Made by a program: the position numbers and the translations under genes. From contig JAOAKI010000001.1 of assembly GCA_026413765.1 (NCBI GenBank), positions 73,085 through 137,084 on the forward strand: a stretch of 64,000 nt of DNA, written 5' to 3'. The notes under the pieces were generated by a model that saw only the letters and a list, made by a program, of their open reading frames with translations, made no database searches and was not told the origin of the DNA. Position 1 is the stretch's first letter. Each line of letters starts with the position of its first letter. Shown here piece after piece: positions 30,954-40,231 of this stretch. The DNA comes from Candidatus Micrarchaeota archaeon. GTDB taxonomy: Archaea > Micrarchaeota > Micrarchaeia > Anstonellales > Anstonellaceae.

Positions 30954-31637
30954 ATGGCCCAGACAGTTGTCCTTTCGCTTGGCGGCTCCCTTGTCAATCC
31001 AGGAAAGCCCGACAGAAAATATGTTCGCCGGCTTGTAGAGCTTTTGAAAGCCACCGATTACAAATTCGGAATCGTTGTTGGCGGTGGGAAACTTGCAAGG
31101 ACGCTGGCAGAAGCAGTTCGCAAAAAGGGCGCAGGAGAGTTTGAGGCAGATGAGGCAGCAATATGGGCAACCAAAAAGAATGCAAAATTCGTAATCAGCG
31201 CGCTTGGACGCAGCCAGACGCACGCATCGCCCTGCGAGAGTTTCGCGCAAGCAAGGCAATATGCAAAAAAATACCGCTTTGTGGTGATGGGCGGAACAAT
31301 CCCAGGAATTACCACCGATTCTGATGCTGCTCTTCTTGCAGAATGCCTGCATGCAAAAAGGCTGGTCAATCTTTCAAATGTTGATGGCATTTATTCTTCC
31401 AATCCTTATTTGGAGCCAAATGCAAAAAAATTCAAAAGAATCTCTTACCAGAAGCTCATCAATCTTGCAGGCAGATATGATTTAAGAAAAGCAGGAACAC
31501 ATTTCATTTTCGACTTTCTTGCATGCAAGCTTATCGCAAGAAGCAAAATAGAAACGCACTTTGTGCATGGCAAAAACTTTTCAGACGTGCGGAATGCGAT
31601 TGAAGGAAAGCCGCATGGCGGCACTGTTGTAAAGTAG
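30954..31637 (+). CDS. pyrH: Uridylate kinase
   Basis: SLGGS, VVGGG, MGGTIPGITTD, NVDGIY; archaeal UMP kinase pattern. Confidence 0.93.
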   Translation: MAQTVVLSLGGSLVNPGKPDRKYVRRLVELLKATDYKFGIVVGGGKLARTLAEAVRKKGAGEFEADEAAIWATKKNAKFVISALGRSQTHASPCESFAQARQYAKKYRFVVMGGTIPGITTDSDAALLAECLHAKRLVNLSNVDGIYSSNPYLEPNAKKFKRISYQKLINLAGRYDLRKAGTHFIFDFLACKLIARSKIETHFVHGKNFSDVRNAIEGKPHGGTVVK

Positions 31638-31657
31638 AAAATCCGCAATCCAATCTC

Positions 31658-32674
31658 TTATTTTTCGAGGCTGATTTTCCTTACTGTTATCCCTGCCTCT
31701 TTGAGGAGCTTAAGTGGGGCTTCGCCGAGAGGATAGTCTGCATTATATATTACTTCGCTGATGCCAGCGTTTATTATCATCTTTGTGCAAATCAGGCACG
31801 GCGAGAATGTGCTGTAGAGGGTTGCGCCTTTTATTGAAATCCCGTGATAGGCTGCCTGCACAATTGCATTCTCTTCTGCATGGGAGCAGACGCATTCCTC
31901 AAGCTTTGTTCCTGAGTCAGCAAATGAGCTGCACCTTGGGCAGCCTCCTTCGTTGCAATTCCTAATCCCTCTTGGCGTGCCATTATACCCTGTTGAAATT
32001 ATTCGTTTGTCCTTCACAATCACCGCCGCAACGTGCCGCTTTAGGCAGTTGCTCCTGCTTGCCACAACTTTTGCTATATTCATGAAATAGACATCCCAGC
32101 TTGGCCTTTCAATCTTGAATTCGGCAGAAATTTCGCTCAGCATCGCGTCTATCGCATCATAAAGCTCCCGAAAACCAGAATCATTCGTTATTTTTTTTGT
32201 CGCAAGAGCAAATACTTCCGAGAGCCTTTGCCCAAACTCATCTGAAGAATTCAGCTCAAGCTGGTCAATTATTTTGAAAGCCTCAAAGCTTTTTGGATCC
32301 CCTTCGCGCTTTCTTGCCTTCATTCTTTCGAAGCGATTTTCTGGCGAGGCAGTGACATAGACAAGCGTCATTCTACCTGTGGCAAGCAATGTTTTTGCTT
32401 CAGCAGGATTCCTTATCGAATCGATGACATAATTCCTGTCTGGCTGAAGCTTTGCAACAATCCTCTTGGCAAGCACATCTGCGCCAAACATCCTGCGCAG
32501 CTCGGTTCCTTTTGCGATCAGCGCCTCCCGAGTTATCTCTTTTCCTTCTTTTGCAAGTTCTTCCCTTATCACATCCGAAAGCGAATAATAGTAAAATCCT
32601 TTTTTCACAAGGTATTCTGCCACTGTGCCTTTGCCTGCGCAATTCTCACCAGTCAGTCCGATGATTATTGCCAT
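31658..32674 (-). CDS. Fusion of P-loop nucleoside-monophosphate/dephospho-CoA-kinase-like domain and dCMP deaminase
   Basis: N-terminal GLTGENCAGKGT and DSIRN. C-terminal RPSWDVYFM, GYNGTP, HAEENAI, PCLIC zinc deaminase motifs. Confidence 0.9.
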   Translation of the reverse strand: MAIIIGLTGENCAGKGTVAEYLVKKGFYYYSLSDVIREELAKEGKEITREALIAKGTELRRMFGADVLAKRIVAKLQPDRNYVIDSIRNPAEAKTLLATGRMTLVYVTASPENRFERMKARKREGDPKSFEAFKIIDQLELNSSDEFGQRLSEVFALATKKITNDSGFRELYDAIDAMLSEISAEFKIERPSWDVYFMNIAKVVASRSNCLKRHVAAVIVKDKRIISTGYNGTPRGIRNCNEGGCPRCSSFADSGTKLEECVCSHAEENAIVQAAYHGISIKGATLYSTFSPCLICTKMIINAGISEVIYNADYPLGEAPLKLLKEAGITVRKISLEK

Positions 32675-32736
32675 CTTGCACCCCCACTTTGAAGTGAAAA
32701 GGAACCAATAAAATACCAACGGGCTAACGCTTTGGC

Positions 32737-33645
32737 CTATGACATCAATTCAAGCAGCTTTTTTAGGTCTGACACGTTCACAATCGGCTTGCCATAAGCT
32801 TCAGTGTCTTCATCTATCCTTGGGCATGCAGTGTTGATGTAAGCTTCGAAACTCATGAAATTGGCAAGCGATATCGGTGAAAATTCGTTTGCCACCAAAA
32901 GGACAGCGGTCCTGCCTTTTTTCTCAAGCATTCTTTTTGCCAGCACTGCTGCGGCCAAGTTCATCTGCCCGCTTTTTGTCGATATCAATACTCCAAATGT
33001 TTTTGCTTGCGAGGCTGCAATCAGAGCCGCCTTCTTCTTCCTCTCCAGCCTCTCTATTTCGCCTGTTATATCATATGCGTCATTCAGATGAGGATCTAGG
33101 CAAATCACTCTTTTGCCGACTATTCCGGTTGGGTGAAATTTTCCACCACCAAAATATATTACTGTGTCAACGCCTTCCACCATAGCCGCTTGTGTGTCGC
33201 ATCCAAGAATTTGACCTGGCTGCTTTACATGCGGGCCACCTTTTTTCATGACCACCTGGATGCCCTCTACCTCTAGCTTCTTTTTGAGCACTTTTGCGTT
33301 GTTTAAGTGCTGTATAGGAAACACAAGTGCAACTTTCTTTGCGCCAACTTTTGCCAGCAACTCTAAAGCCTTTGCGATTGCCTTCTGAAACTTCACCCAA
33401 TCAATGTCCAAAAAATAAGGGCGGTATTCGATTTGGATGCTTGTCTTGACTTTAGAAAATTCAGCATGCCCAAAATGGATTATTTTGTCTGCTTTTATGT
33501 GCCTGGCTTCATCTACGCAAACATCGCATCCTCCAAAACAGGCAGATGCAGAAACGAAAACCTCGTGCCCTTCCATCGAAAGCTTTTTTGCCTCCTCAAT
33601 TGCTTTTGCCTTTAATCCTTCTGGAAATTGGAGGATGATTCGCAT
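32737..33645 (-). CDS. dph2: Diphthamide biosynthesis enzyme Dph2
   Basis: LQFPEGL, CFGGCD, HFGH, GQILGC, GGGKFH, TACPRI. Confidence 0.95.
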   Translation of the reverse strand: MRIILQFPEGLKAKAIEEAKKLSMEGHEVFVSASACFGGCDVCVDEARHIKADKIIHFGHAEFSKVKTSIQIEYRPYFLDIDWVKFQKAIAKALELLAKVGAKKVALVFPIQHLNNAKVLKKKLEVEGIQVVMKKGGPHVKQPGQILGCDTQAAMVEGVDTVIYFGGGKFHPTGIVGKRVICLDPHLNDAYDITGEIERLERKKKAALIAASQAKTFGVLISTKSGQMNLAAAVLAKRMLEKKGRTAVLLVANEFSPISLANFMSFEAYINTACPRIDEDTEAYGKPIVNVSDLKKLLELMS

Positions 33646-33651
33646 AGCATT

Positions 33652-34209
33652 TCATCTCTTGTCAACCCTCACGAGCTTTATCGTGTAGACAAGTGTCTTG
33701 CCTGCAAGCTCGTGGTTGAAGTCTACTGTGACTTTCCCATCCTGGATAGCTGTTACGATGCCGGGCGCCCCACTGGCGGAATAGACGAAGCCGCCAACTT
33801 TTATGTCTTCTGCGTTTTCAAAGTTGTCTATCGGCAGTGTGGCAACAAGGCGCGGGTCCCACTCCCCATAGGCATCCTTTGGCTCTATTTTTACTGTCTT
33901 CACCTCTCCCTCTCTCATCCCAACCACTGCGTCTTCAAACCCCTTTATTATCTGTCCGTCGCCTATCCGGAAAACAAGCTGCTCATATCTTTTTTGGGGA
34001 AGGCCAGCCTTTTGCGCTTCTGATGCGATGCTTGTGTCAAATACTGTCCCATTTTCGAACATGCCTATGTAATCGACATGCACAATGTCCCCTCTGAGGG
34101 CTGTTTGGGCACCACTCAACACATCGCTTCTCATTACCTCGGTAGTAACTGGCAAATTTTGGCTCGAAGGGAGGCTAATGCATCCAAAGCCAAGCAGCAA
34201 AGTTGCCAT
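33652..34209 (-). CDS. slyD: FKBP-type peptidyl-prolyl isomerase (SlyD-like) with lipoprotein signal
   Basis: VDYIG..ENGTVFDTS, IKGFEDA, AYG, VDFNHELAGKTL; N-terminal LLGFGC. Confidence 0.9.
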   Translation of the reverse strand: MATLLLGFGCISLPSSQNLPVTTEVMRSDVLSGAQTALRGDIVHVDYIGMFENGTVFDTSIASEAQKAGLPQKRYEQLVFRIGDGQIIKGFEDAVVGMREGEVKTVKIEPKDAYGEWDPRLVATLPIDNFENAEDIKVGGFVYSASGAPGIVTAIQDGKVTVDFNHELAGKTLVYTIKLVRVDKR

Positions 34210-34220
34210 CAGCCAAAGGC

Positions 34221-36566
34221 TTATCCTCGCTCTTTCATTTCGGCCAATCTGCGCAGCATGACTTTCATTTCTGCGGATGCAACCACCCTCCTCGTCCTCT
34301 CAACAGCATCTGGATTGACAGAAATGGATGTTATTCCATATTCTACCAATTTTTCCGCGAATTCTGGATAAACCGACGGCGCTTGGCCGCACAAAGAAAC
34401 AGTGACATTCTTCTGATTGCACACCTTTATGACCCTCTCAATCGCTCTCAATACAGCATCGTTGCGCTCGTCAAATCCTTCTGCAAGGGTAGCGTTGTCT
34501 CTGTCTATTCCCAATATCAGCTGCGTCAAATCGTTTGTGCCGATTGACACGCCGTCTATACCTTCGTCGCAGAATTTATCTATCAAAAACACAGTAGAAG
34601 GAACTTCAACCATTATCCAAAGCTTAAAGTCTCTTGTGTGATGTATGCCATGCGCTTTCAGCATCTCTTTTATCGCACGCAGCTCCCCTATCCTCCTTAC
34701 GAAAGGAAGCATCAGCCAAAGATTCTTCATTCCGAATTCATCCCTGACTTTCTTTATCGCCTTCAGCTCAAGCGAAAAAACCTCGGGCTCTGCGATATAT
34801 CTTGCGCAGCCTCTATATCCCATCATCGGATTAGCCTCAATCGGCTCGAAATCCTCTCCCCCTTTCAAGTTCCGGTATTCATTCGTCTTGAAATCAGTGG
34901 CGCGATAGACAACCGGGCGCGGATAAAAGGCGGCAGCAAAAATTCTCAGGCTTTCTGCAAGCTTATCGATGAATTCCTGCTCTCTTTTTTCTTTTATCAT
35001 TTTCTTTGGATGCTCTCCTATCTGACTTATCATGAATTCTGCCCGCAGCAGTCCCACCCCATCGCAAGGCAGCTTTGAGACCTTTTCAGCCAGCTCAACT
35101 TCGGCTAGATTCACATAAATCTTTGTGCCAGTCACAGGGACTGACAGGCTTGGTGGCGAAGCCTCAAATCTTTCTGGCGCCTCTTCAGCCCCTATCTTCC
35201 TTTCAATTTCAACTTCGCCCTCATAAATTATCCCTCTTGTCGCGTCCACTGTCACCAGCTGGCCTTCCTTCAGCACTGTCGTTGCGTTTTTTGTGCCCAC
35301 AATGCAGGGTATCCCCATCTCGCGCGATACAATTGCCGCATGGCACGTCATTCCGCCAGAGTTCGTCACAATCGCCGCAGCCTTTTTCATGGCAGGCACA
35401 AAATCAGGAGTAGTCATTTCGGTGACCAGCACATCTCCCTTTTGCACGCGGCCAATTTCTTTAGGGCTTGCAAGAATCACTACTCTTCCCTTGCCTACAC
35501 CGGGAGAGGCGCCAAGCCCTTTTGCCAAAATTTTTTTCTCAGCAACGCTTCCTTCTTCTGCTTTTCTCTGCGCTGGCTTTTCTTCAGCCAAAGCTGGGGA
35601 CTTCACTTTCAGAGTAGTGATCGGCCGAGACTGCACTATATATGTCTTCCCTTCTGCAATTGCCCATTCTATGTCCTGTGGCTTTCCATAGTGCTGCTCA
35701 ATCTTTTTTGCAAGCGAGGCAAGCTCAATTATCTGCATGTCCGTTATCTTTTGTTTTTCCTGCATCTCTTCGCGGACATCCACTTTCGTGTTTTGGTCAT
35801 TTACTTTCGCAATCATCCATGTCTGCTTTGCAATTTCTTTTCTTTTTATCTCCAAATTCCTCTTATCGACAATGTACCTGTCGGGCGTGACCGAGCCGGA
35901 AACTACTATTTCTCCTAGGCCGTATGCCGCCTCAATCGCAATCTCGTTCCAATCCTGGCTTACAGGGTCAACGCTGAACATCACTCCTGCCTTTTCAGAT
36001 TGCACCATCAGCTGCACGACAGCAGCAAGCCCAACTTTCAAATGGTCGAATTTGTTTGTAGTTCTGTAATAGATTGAGCGTGGCTCAAACAAGCTTGCCC
36101 AGCATTCTTTTACCATTTGCACGCAATCTTCCGCTCCCTTTACGTTCAAGAATGAAGACTGCTGCCCTGCAAAAGACGCCTCTGGCAGATCCTCTGCTGT
36201 TGCAGAGCTTCTGACTGCCACAAAAGGCTCTTTGCCTGGCTGGAGGCTTCGGTATGCATTTATTATCTCGTTCCTTATGTTCTGCGGGATTTCTCCTCCC
36301 AATATGCTGCTTTTGATCATCTGTGAAGCCTTTGCAAGCTGCTCACTGTTTTCCACATCCAAATCGGTGGTAACCTCCTTTATCACCTGGTCAATCTTGT
36401 TGTGCCTAATGAATGAGAAGTATGCAGCCGAAGTCACTACAAAGCCGTTTGGCACAGGGAACCCAGCAAAAGTCATCTCTCCGAGGTTTGCTCCCTTCCC
36501 TCCGACTTCTGCCAGATTCTCCTTCCTTATTTCCGAAAACCACATTATGTTTTTCATTTTGCCCAC
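34221..36566 (-). CDS. ppsA: Phosphoenolpyruvate synthase
   Basis: VGGKGANLGE, VAVRSSATAEDL..ASFAGQ, TCHAAIVSRE, GLLRAEF, SIGTNDLTQ. Confidence 0.97.
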   Translation of the reverse strand: MGKMKNIMWFSEIRKENLAEVGGKGANLGEMTFAGFPVPNGFVVTSAAYFSFIRHNKIDQVIKEVTTDLDVENSEQLAKASQMIKSSILGGEIPQNIRNEIINAYRSLQPGKEPFVAVRSSATAEDLPEASFAGQQSSFLNVKGAEDCVQMVKECWASLFEPRSIYYRTTNKFDHLKVGLAAVVQLMVQSEKAGVMFSVDPVSQDWNEIAIEAAYGLGEIVVSGSVTPDRYIVDKRNLEIKRKEIAKQTWMIAKVNDQNTKVDVREEMQEKQKITDMQIIELASLAKKIEQHYGKPQDIEWAIAEGKTYIVQSRPITTLKVKSPALAEEKPAQRKAEEGSVAEKKILAKGLGASPGVGKGRVVILASPKEIGRVQKGDVLVTEMTTPDFVPAMKKAAAIVTNSGGMTCHAAIVSREMGIPCIVGTKNATTVLKEGQLVTVDATRGIIYEGEVEIERKIGAEEAPERFEASPPSLSVPVTGTKIYVNLAEVELAEKVSKLPCDGVGLLRAEFMISQIGEHPKKMIKEKREQEFIDKLAESLRIFAAAFYPRPVVYRATDFKTNEYRNLKGGEDFEPIEANPMMGYRGCARYIAEPEVFSLELKAIKKVRDEFGMKNLWLMLPFVRRIGELRAIKEMLKAHGIHHTRDFKLWIMVEVPSTVFLIDKFCDEGIDGVSIGTNDLTQLILGIDRDNATLAEGFDERNDAVLRAIERVIKVCNQKNVTVSLCGQAPSVYPEFAEKLVEYGITSISVNPDAVERTRRVVASAEMKVMLRRLAEMKERG

Positions 36567-36640
36567 CCCAATGCTTGGCAGCTACGCATTTACCACTCGC
36601 TATAAGTATTAAAAGGTTATGAAGTTGAAAATAAAGTGAA

Positions 36641-36772
36641 GGGCCCGTAACTCAGCTTGGCCTAGAGTGTCTGGCTTTTATGCCAAATCTTTCCAGGCGC
36701 AAAGGCACCAGAAAGTCGTGGGTTCTGAAAAATCAGTTTAAGGTTTTTCGCCCAAAAATCCCACCGGGCCCG
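36641..36772 (+). tRNA. tRNA-Lys(TTT) with two introns (36681-36706 at 37/38; 36726-36755 in the T-loop at 56/57)
   Basis: Removing both inserts gives GGGCCCG...TCTGG-CT-TTT-AA-CCAGA-AAGTC-GTGGG-TTCAAAT-CCCAC-CGGGCCC-G. BHB-like helices CTTT/AAAG and GGGT/GCCC lie at the junctions. Confidence 0.9.
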
Positions 36773-36786
36773 TTTTTTGAAAGAGG

Positions 36787-37575
36787 GTGGCAATGGTATC
36801 TCGGTTGGCGCAGCTTTTTGTTGAGGCAGTGAAAAACAACTGTCAAGGCGAAATTGCTATCTTGTTTTCTGGCGGCCTTGACAGCACTTCAATCGCAACT
36901 GTTGCAAAGCAATTCACTACTCCGCTTTTGGTGACTGCTGGCCTGGAAGGCAGCCAAGATCTGGAGGCAGCCAAGGCTATCGCCAATGAGCTGGGCCTTC
37001 CGCACAAAGCGGTTGTGCTCTCTGAAGAAGAAATAATCAAGGTGTATAAAAAGTGCTACAAAATAAGGAAAGGGAACCTTCTGGAAGTGGAGCTGATGGT
37101 TCCTGTTTACTCTTGCTGTCGCGAGGCGGCTCGCGCCGGAAAATGGAAGATATTGTCAGGGTCTGGCGCAGAAGAGCTCTTTATAGGATACAACAGGTAT
37201 TTCAAATATCGTCCATCAGAGTTGCAAAAAATTTTGGAAGAAGAGCTCAAAAACCTGCCTCTCAAAGATTGTGAATCACAAAATTTGATAGCCAAGCATT
37301 TTGGCATGTCTGCAGCTTTTCCTTTTCTTTATCCTCCATTTGTGGATGAGGTGCTCAAAACTCCAATATCTGAGAGGCTTGGGACGCTTGCCAACAAAAA
37401 GCCCCTTCTTCGCAAAATTGCAGCCGAGCTTGGTGTGCCGCAAGCGGCAATCGATCGCAAGAAGAAAGCAATGCAATATGGATCTGGAGTGCACAAAATC
37501 CTTCTCAAAAATATCGAAAAGATAGAAGAAGAGCTTAAGATAGACGAAGAACTGAAAAAAAGGAGAAAAAGGTAA
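36787..37575 (+). CDS. Asparagine synthase C-terminal (PP-loop) domain protein lacking the glutaminase domain
   Basis: FSGGLDS, SGSGAEELFIGY, PFL, K.LLR.IA..LG.P, RKKKAMQYGSG. Confidence 0.85.
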   Translation: MAMVSRLAQLFVEAVKNNCQGEIAILFSGGLDSTSIATVAKQFTTPLLVTAGLEGSQDLEAAKAIANELGLPHKAVVLSEEEIIKVYKKCYKIRKGNLLEVELMVPVYSCCREAARAGKWKILSGSGAEELFIGYNRYFKYRPSELQKILEEELKNLPLKDCESQNLIAKHFGMSAAFPFLYPPFVDEVLKTPISERLGTLANKKPLLRKIAAELGVPQAAIDRKKKAMQYGSGVHKILLKNIEKIEEELKIDEELKKRRKR

Positions 37576-37633
37576 GGCTGCCGCCTTTTTCAGCTCTCCA
37601 CACAGCGCCTGCGGCTTTTCCGGATTTTTTTCT

Positions 37634-38438
37634 TCACAAAACTACCTCTTTGCAGAACTCATTTATGAAAGGAAGGCAGCCCAAAAAGCCTCTTGAAGCA
37701 TCCACCATTATGGTCCTGATACCTGCTTTATCTCCTGCCATGCGGTCGGATTCTTTGTCGCCCACGAAGACCGCTTGATCGGGAAGGCACCTGCAGCTTT
37801 TGGATGGCAAACAGAAGCATCTGCGGAGAAGGCTTGGGCTCAGCGTCATCCAAGCTCATTATCACTGAGATGTGCTGCAAAGCGCCAATCGCCTCCAAGA
37901 TGGCCATGGCTGCGGATTTTACGCGGCTGGTCGCCACTCCCAATCTGAACCTTTTCGCTAGAATTGGAATTGCCCCGGATATTACGGTTGGCTCCACTTG
38001 ATGAAGGGTGGCATTTGTGGCACTTATAAAGCTGCTGTAAAGATCCAAAAGCAAGTCTGGCTTGTGGCTCAAATCTGGGCAAGCAGCAAGCAGGATGCTT
38101 CTTAGATCGTGCCCATTCAAAACTGCTATTCTTGCTTGGATATCTGTTATCGCAATTCTCTTGCTCTCGAGCGTTTTTTTCAAGGCATTTGCAGTAAGCG
38201 CGCTAGTATTCACAAGCACTCCGTCAATGTCAAATATTATCGCCTCGATGTTATTTTTTTGTGAGATGACGTTTATGCCATGGCTGTTTTGTAGGGTCAC
38301 CTCTATGTTATGGCTGTTTTGTGGGGAGCGAAGCAGTACTATCCCTTCTACCATTGGTGGAAGAGTGTGTCTCCAAGCTTTTTTGAGATGTCTGTGGGGA
38401 GCTGCCTGGCGGATGAGGGCTGCATCAGCCATTTGCAT
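37634..38438 (-). pseudogene. HAD-family phosphatase split by a 1-nt frameshift near 37781-37800
   Basis: Motif I FDIDGVL, motif II ATS and KPSP are in one frame. Motif IV VFVGDKESD..AG..AG is in the adjacent frame (ORF 37634..37849). Confidence 0.75.
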
Positions 38439-38625
38439 CTCCTCCCCTAATCTGCCTGCAAAGGGCTCGCCACACAGTCATATGGGAAACGCCGATTAAG
38501 CGGGCAACTTCCCTTATTGGAATTCCTTCTGTCAGATGCAGCCGGACTACTTCATCCAGCTGATTTTGAGAAAGCTTTAGCGGTCTTCCGCGCAAAGCCT
38601 TGCGTACACAACCTGATTTATCCAT
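38425..38625 (-). CDS. Stand-alone Hin/resolvase-type helix-turn-helix protein
   Basis: RGRPLKLS...GIPIREVARLIGVSHMTVWRAL. ATG 38625 follows a GAGGTGA SD. Confidence 0.75.
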   Translation of the reverse strand: MDKSGCVRKALRGRPLKLSQNQLDEVVRLHLTEGIPIREVARLIGVSHMTVWRALCRQIRGGDANG

Positions 38626-38900
38626 ATTCTCACCTCTATGTTTGTTCACCCAAGCATTGCGGAAAAAAAGAGGCAAGCTAAGGGTATTGTCAGGGAGCAT
38701 GCGCAACTTGCCAAATCACGCAGGCTCGGGCTTTAGCGCCAATAAAAAGCAAAAGAAGAAGCTAGGCTAGCATGCAGAAGACACTGTCTATTTTTGTTGC
38801 CAGCCAATATGCCAACACCTTTGATTGCGCAAATATGCCCAAAGCTGTATTTATTTGTATGTAACAATTTTCCAATTAAGCTGACTGCTGACGCTTTGCT

Positions 38901-39152
38901 TTACCCCCATCCCCGCAGGTAGTATTTATCCTCTGCAGTAAGCTCCCAGTCTTCCTTTTCCTTGGGGCTTTTCTTGGCATGCTTTTCATCCTGCTGGCTT
39001 TTCTTTTCCGCAAGCACCAAGCTGTCAAGCATCGGGGCTTTGGAAAGCAAGCCATTATTTTTGCATCCGGGCTGCTGGTTTTCATGCTGCCCGTTTTGCA
39101 CAACATTCTTTTCCTGTACTCCGCATCTGACAACATTTTTTTGGACGCTCAT
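38901..39152 (-). CDS. Small hypothetical protein
   Basis: ATG preceded by GAGGTG SD; low-complexity 83-aa product with no motif. Confidence 0.4.
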   Translation of the reverse strand: MSVQKNVVRCGVQEKNVVQNGQHENQQPGCKNNGLLSKAPMLDSLVLAEKKSQQDEKHAKKSPKEKEDWELTAEDKYYLRGWG

Positions 39153-39407
39153 AAAACACCTCTTTTATCTCTTTTCATTTTGATTTCTCAAAGCGCAAAA
39201 AACAAAGGAAACTTCTGCTCCTTTGATTTTCAGGCCCCTCAAGCCACTTGCCAGGCAACCCAAGGGGGAAAATCAGCTAAAAGCAAAAAAGTCAAAAAAG
39301 TAGCCAAAATCGAAGGAAGAAAGCAACTGCAGATTTATCGAAGGTCTGTGCATATCAATTACTGTTTATTCATGAAATAGTTTTTAAACTCATAGCTTAT
39401 TTTCGTT

Positions 39408-40070
39408 TCACTTTCTTTTTGCGCAGACAAACAAGTGCTCAAGATCATAGGGCGCCAAATCAATTTTCTCCTCGACCTCAAGCTCTTGTGATATCTTGCC
39501 TACAAATTCGTCAAAAATTCTTTTCGGGTCCTTGGAAATATCTATGCTTTGGGACTTTATTGCAACCATCACCCAGCCTTCTTTTCTCAGAAATCGCCTG
39601 ACATTTTTCAAAAGTATCTCGTCTTGGTCGGGTTGTGCGACATCCTGATAAATCACATCTACTTGCTGCGCAATCTGCATCGCATACTCCCCTGGCTGCC
39701 TTGCATCACCCATGATTGGGAGCATATTTTCGCGCTGTTCGCAAACACCTATCAATTGGCGCATTGGGCGCTGGGCAAATTCAACGCAATACACTGTCCC
39801 TTCTTTTCCTACTATATCCGAGACATGCGACGCGGTCGTCCCAGTTGATGCTCCCAAATAAAGGACAGAAACGCCTGGCTTTATGGGCATGAACCTCAAC
39901 CCCTTGTGTATAGCTGCCCCAAGCTTGCTCCTATAAATGTCCCACAGCCTATATTCCTGCCCCCCAAAGCTGACAAGCTTTTCATCATAGACCTTTGCGC
40001 CTGGCACGAGATTCTTAGTTGCAAGCCTGCCGTCTATTTTGTATACTCCAGGGAATTTTTCCTCTATCAT
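39408..40070 (-). CDS. flpA: Fibrillarin-like rRNA/tRNA 2'-O-methyltransferase
   Basis: YRLWDIYRSKL, VLYLGASTGTTASHVSD, YQDVAQPDQ. Confidence 0.97.
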   Translation of the reverse strand: MIEEKFPGVYKIDGRLATKNLVPGAKVYDEKLVSFGGQEYRLWDIYRSKLGAAIHKGLRFMPIKPGVSVLYLGASTGTTASHVSDIVGKEGTVYCVEFAQRPMRQLIGVCEQRENMLPIMGDARQPGEYAMQIAQQVDVIYQDVAQPDQDEILLKNVRRFLRKEGWVMVAIKSQSIDISKDPKRIFDEFVGKISQELEVEEKIDLAPYDLEHLFVCAKRK

Positions 40071-40088
40071 TTGTGACTCCTCTAAAAG

Positions 40089-40176
40089 CGGGACCGGTGA
40101 GATTTGAACTCACGACCTTCACCTTCCCCCTTTTCATTAGGAGAGTGCCGCTCTATCCAAACTGAGCTACGGTCCC
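40089..40176 (-). tRNA. tRNA-Arg(CCT) with a 13-nt intron at 37/38 (intron 40125-40137)
   Basis: Reverse complement GGGACCG...GCACT-CT-CCT-A[ATGAAAAGGGGGA]A-GGTGA...GTTCAAATC...CGGTCCC-G; central helix CTCC/GGGG. Confidence 0.88.
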
Positions 40177-40231
40177 CTCATTTCACCTTTTCATCCAAAC
40201 CATCTTTAAATGTATTGCAAGATAGCTATTT

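Noticed and set aside
30573-31352. 259-aa minus-strand ORF and the many similar overlapping ORFs in the track
   Set aside because: Shadow frames of well-supported genes (pyrH, translin and others) with no motifs of their own.
38876-39380. Alternative ORFs 38876..39136, 38962..39183 and 38979..39380
   Set aside because: No SD or motif support. Only 38901..39152 has an SD, and it is listed at low confidence.
36641-40176. Integrated element bounded by tRNA-Lys or tRNA-Arg
   Set aside because: No duplicated tRNA 3' end (att site) and no integrase were found by eye, and the interval includes core fibrillarin.
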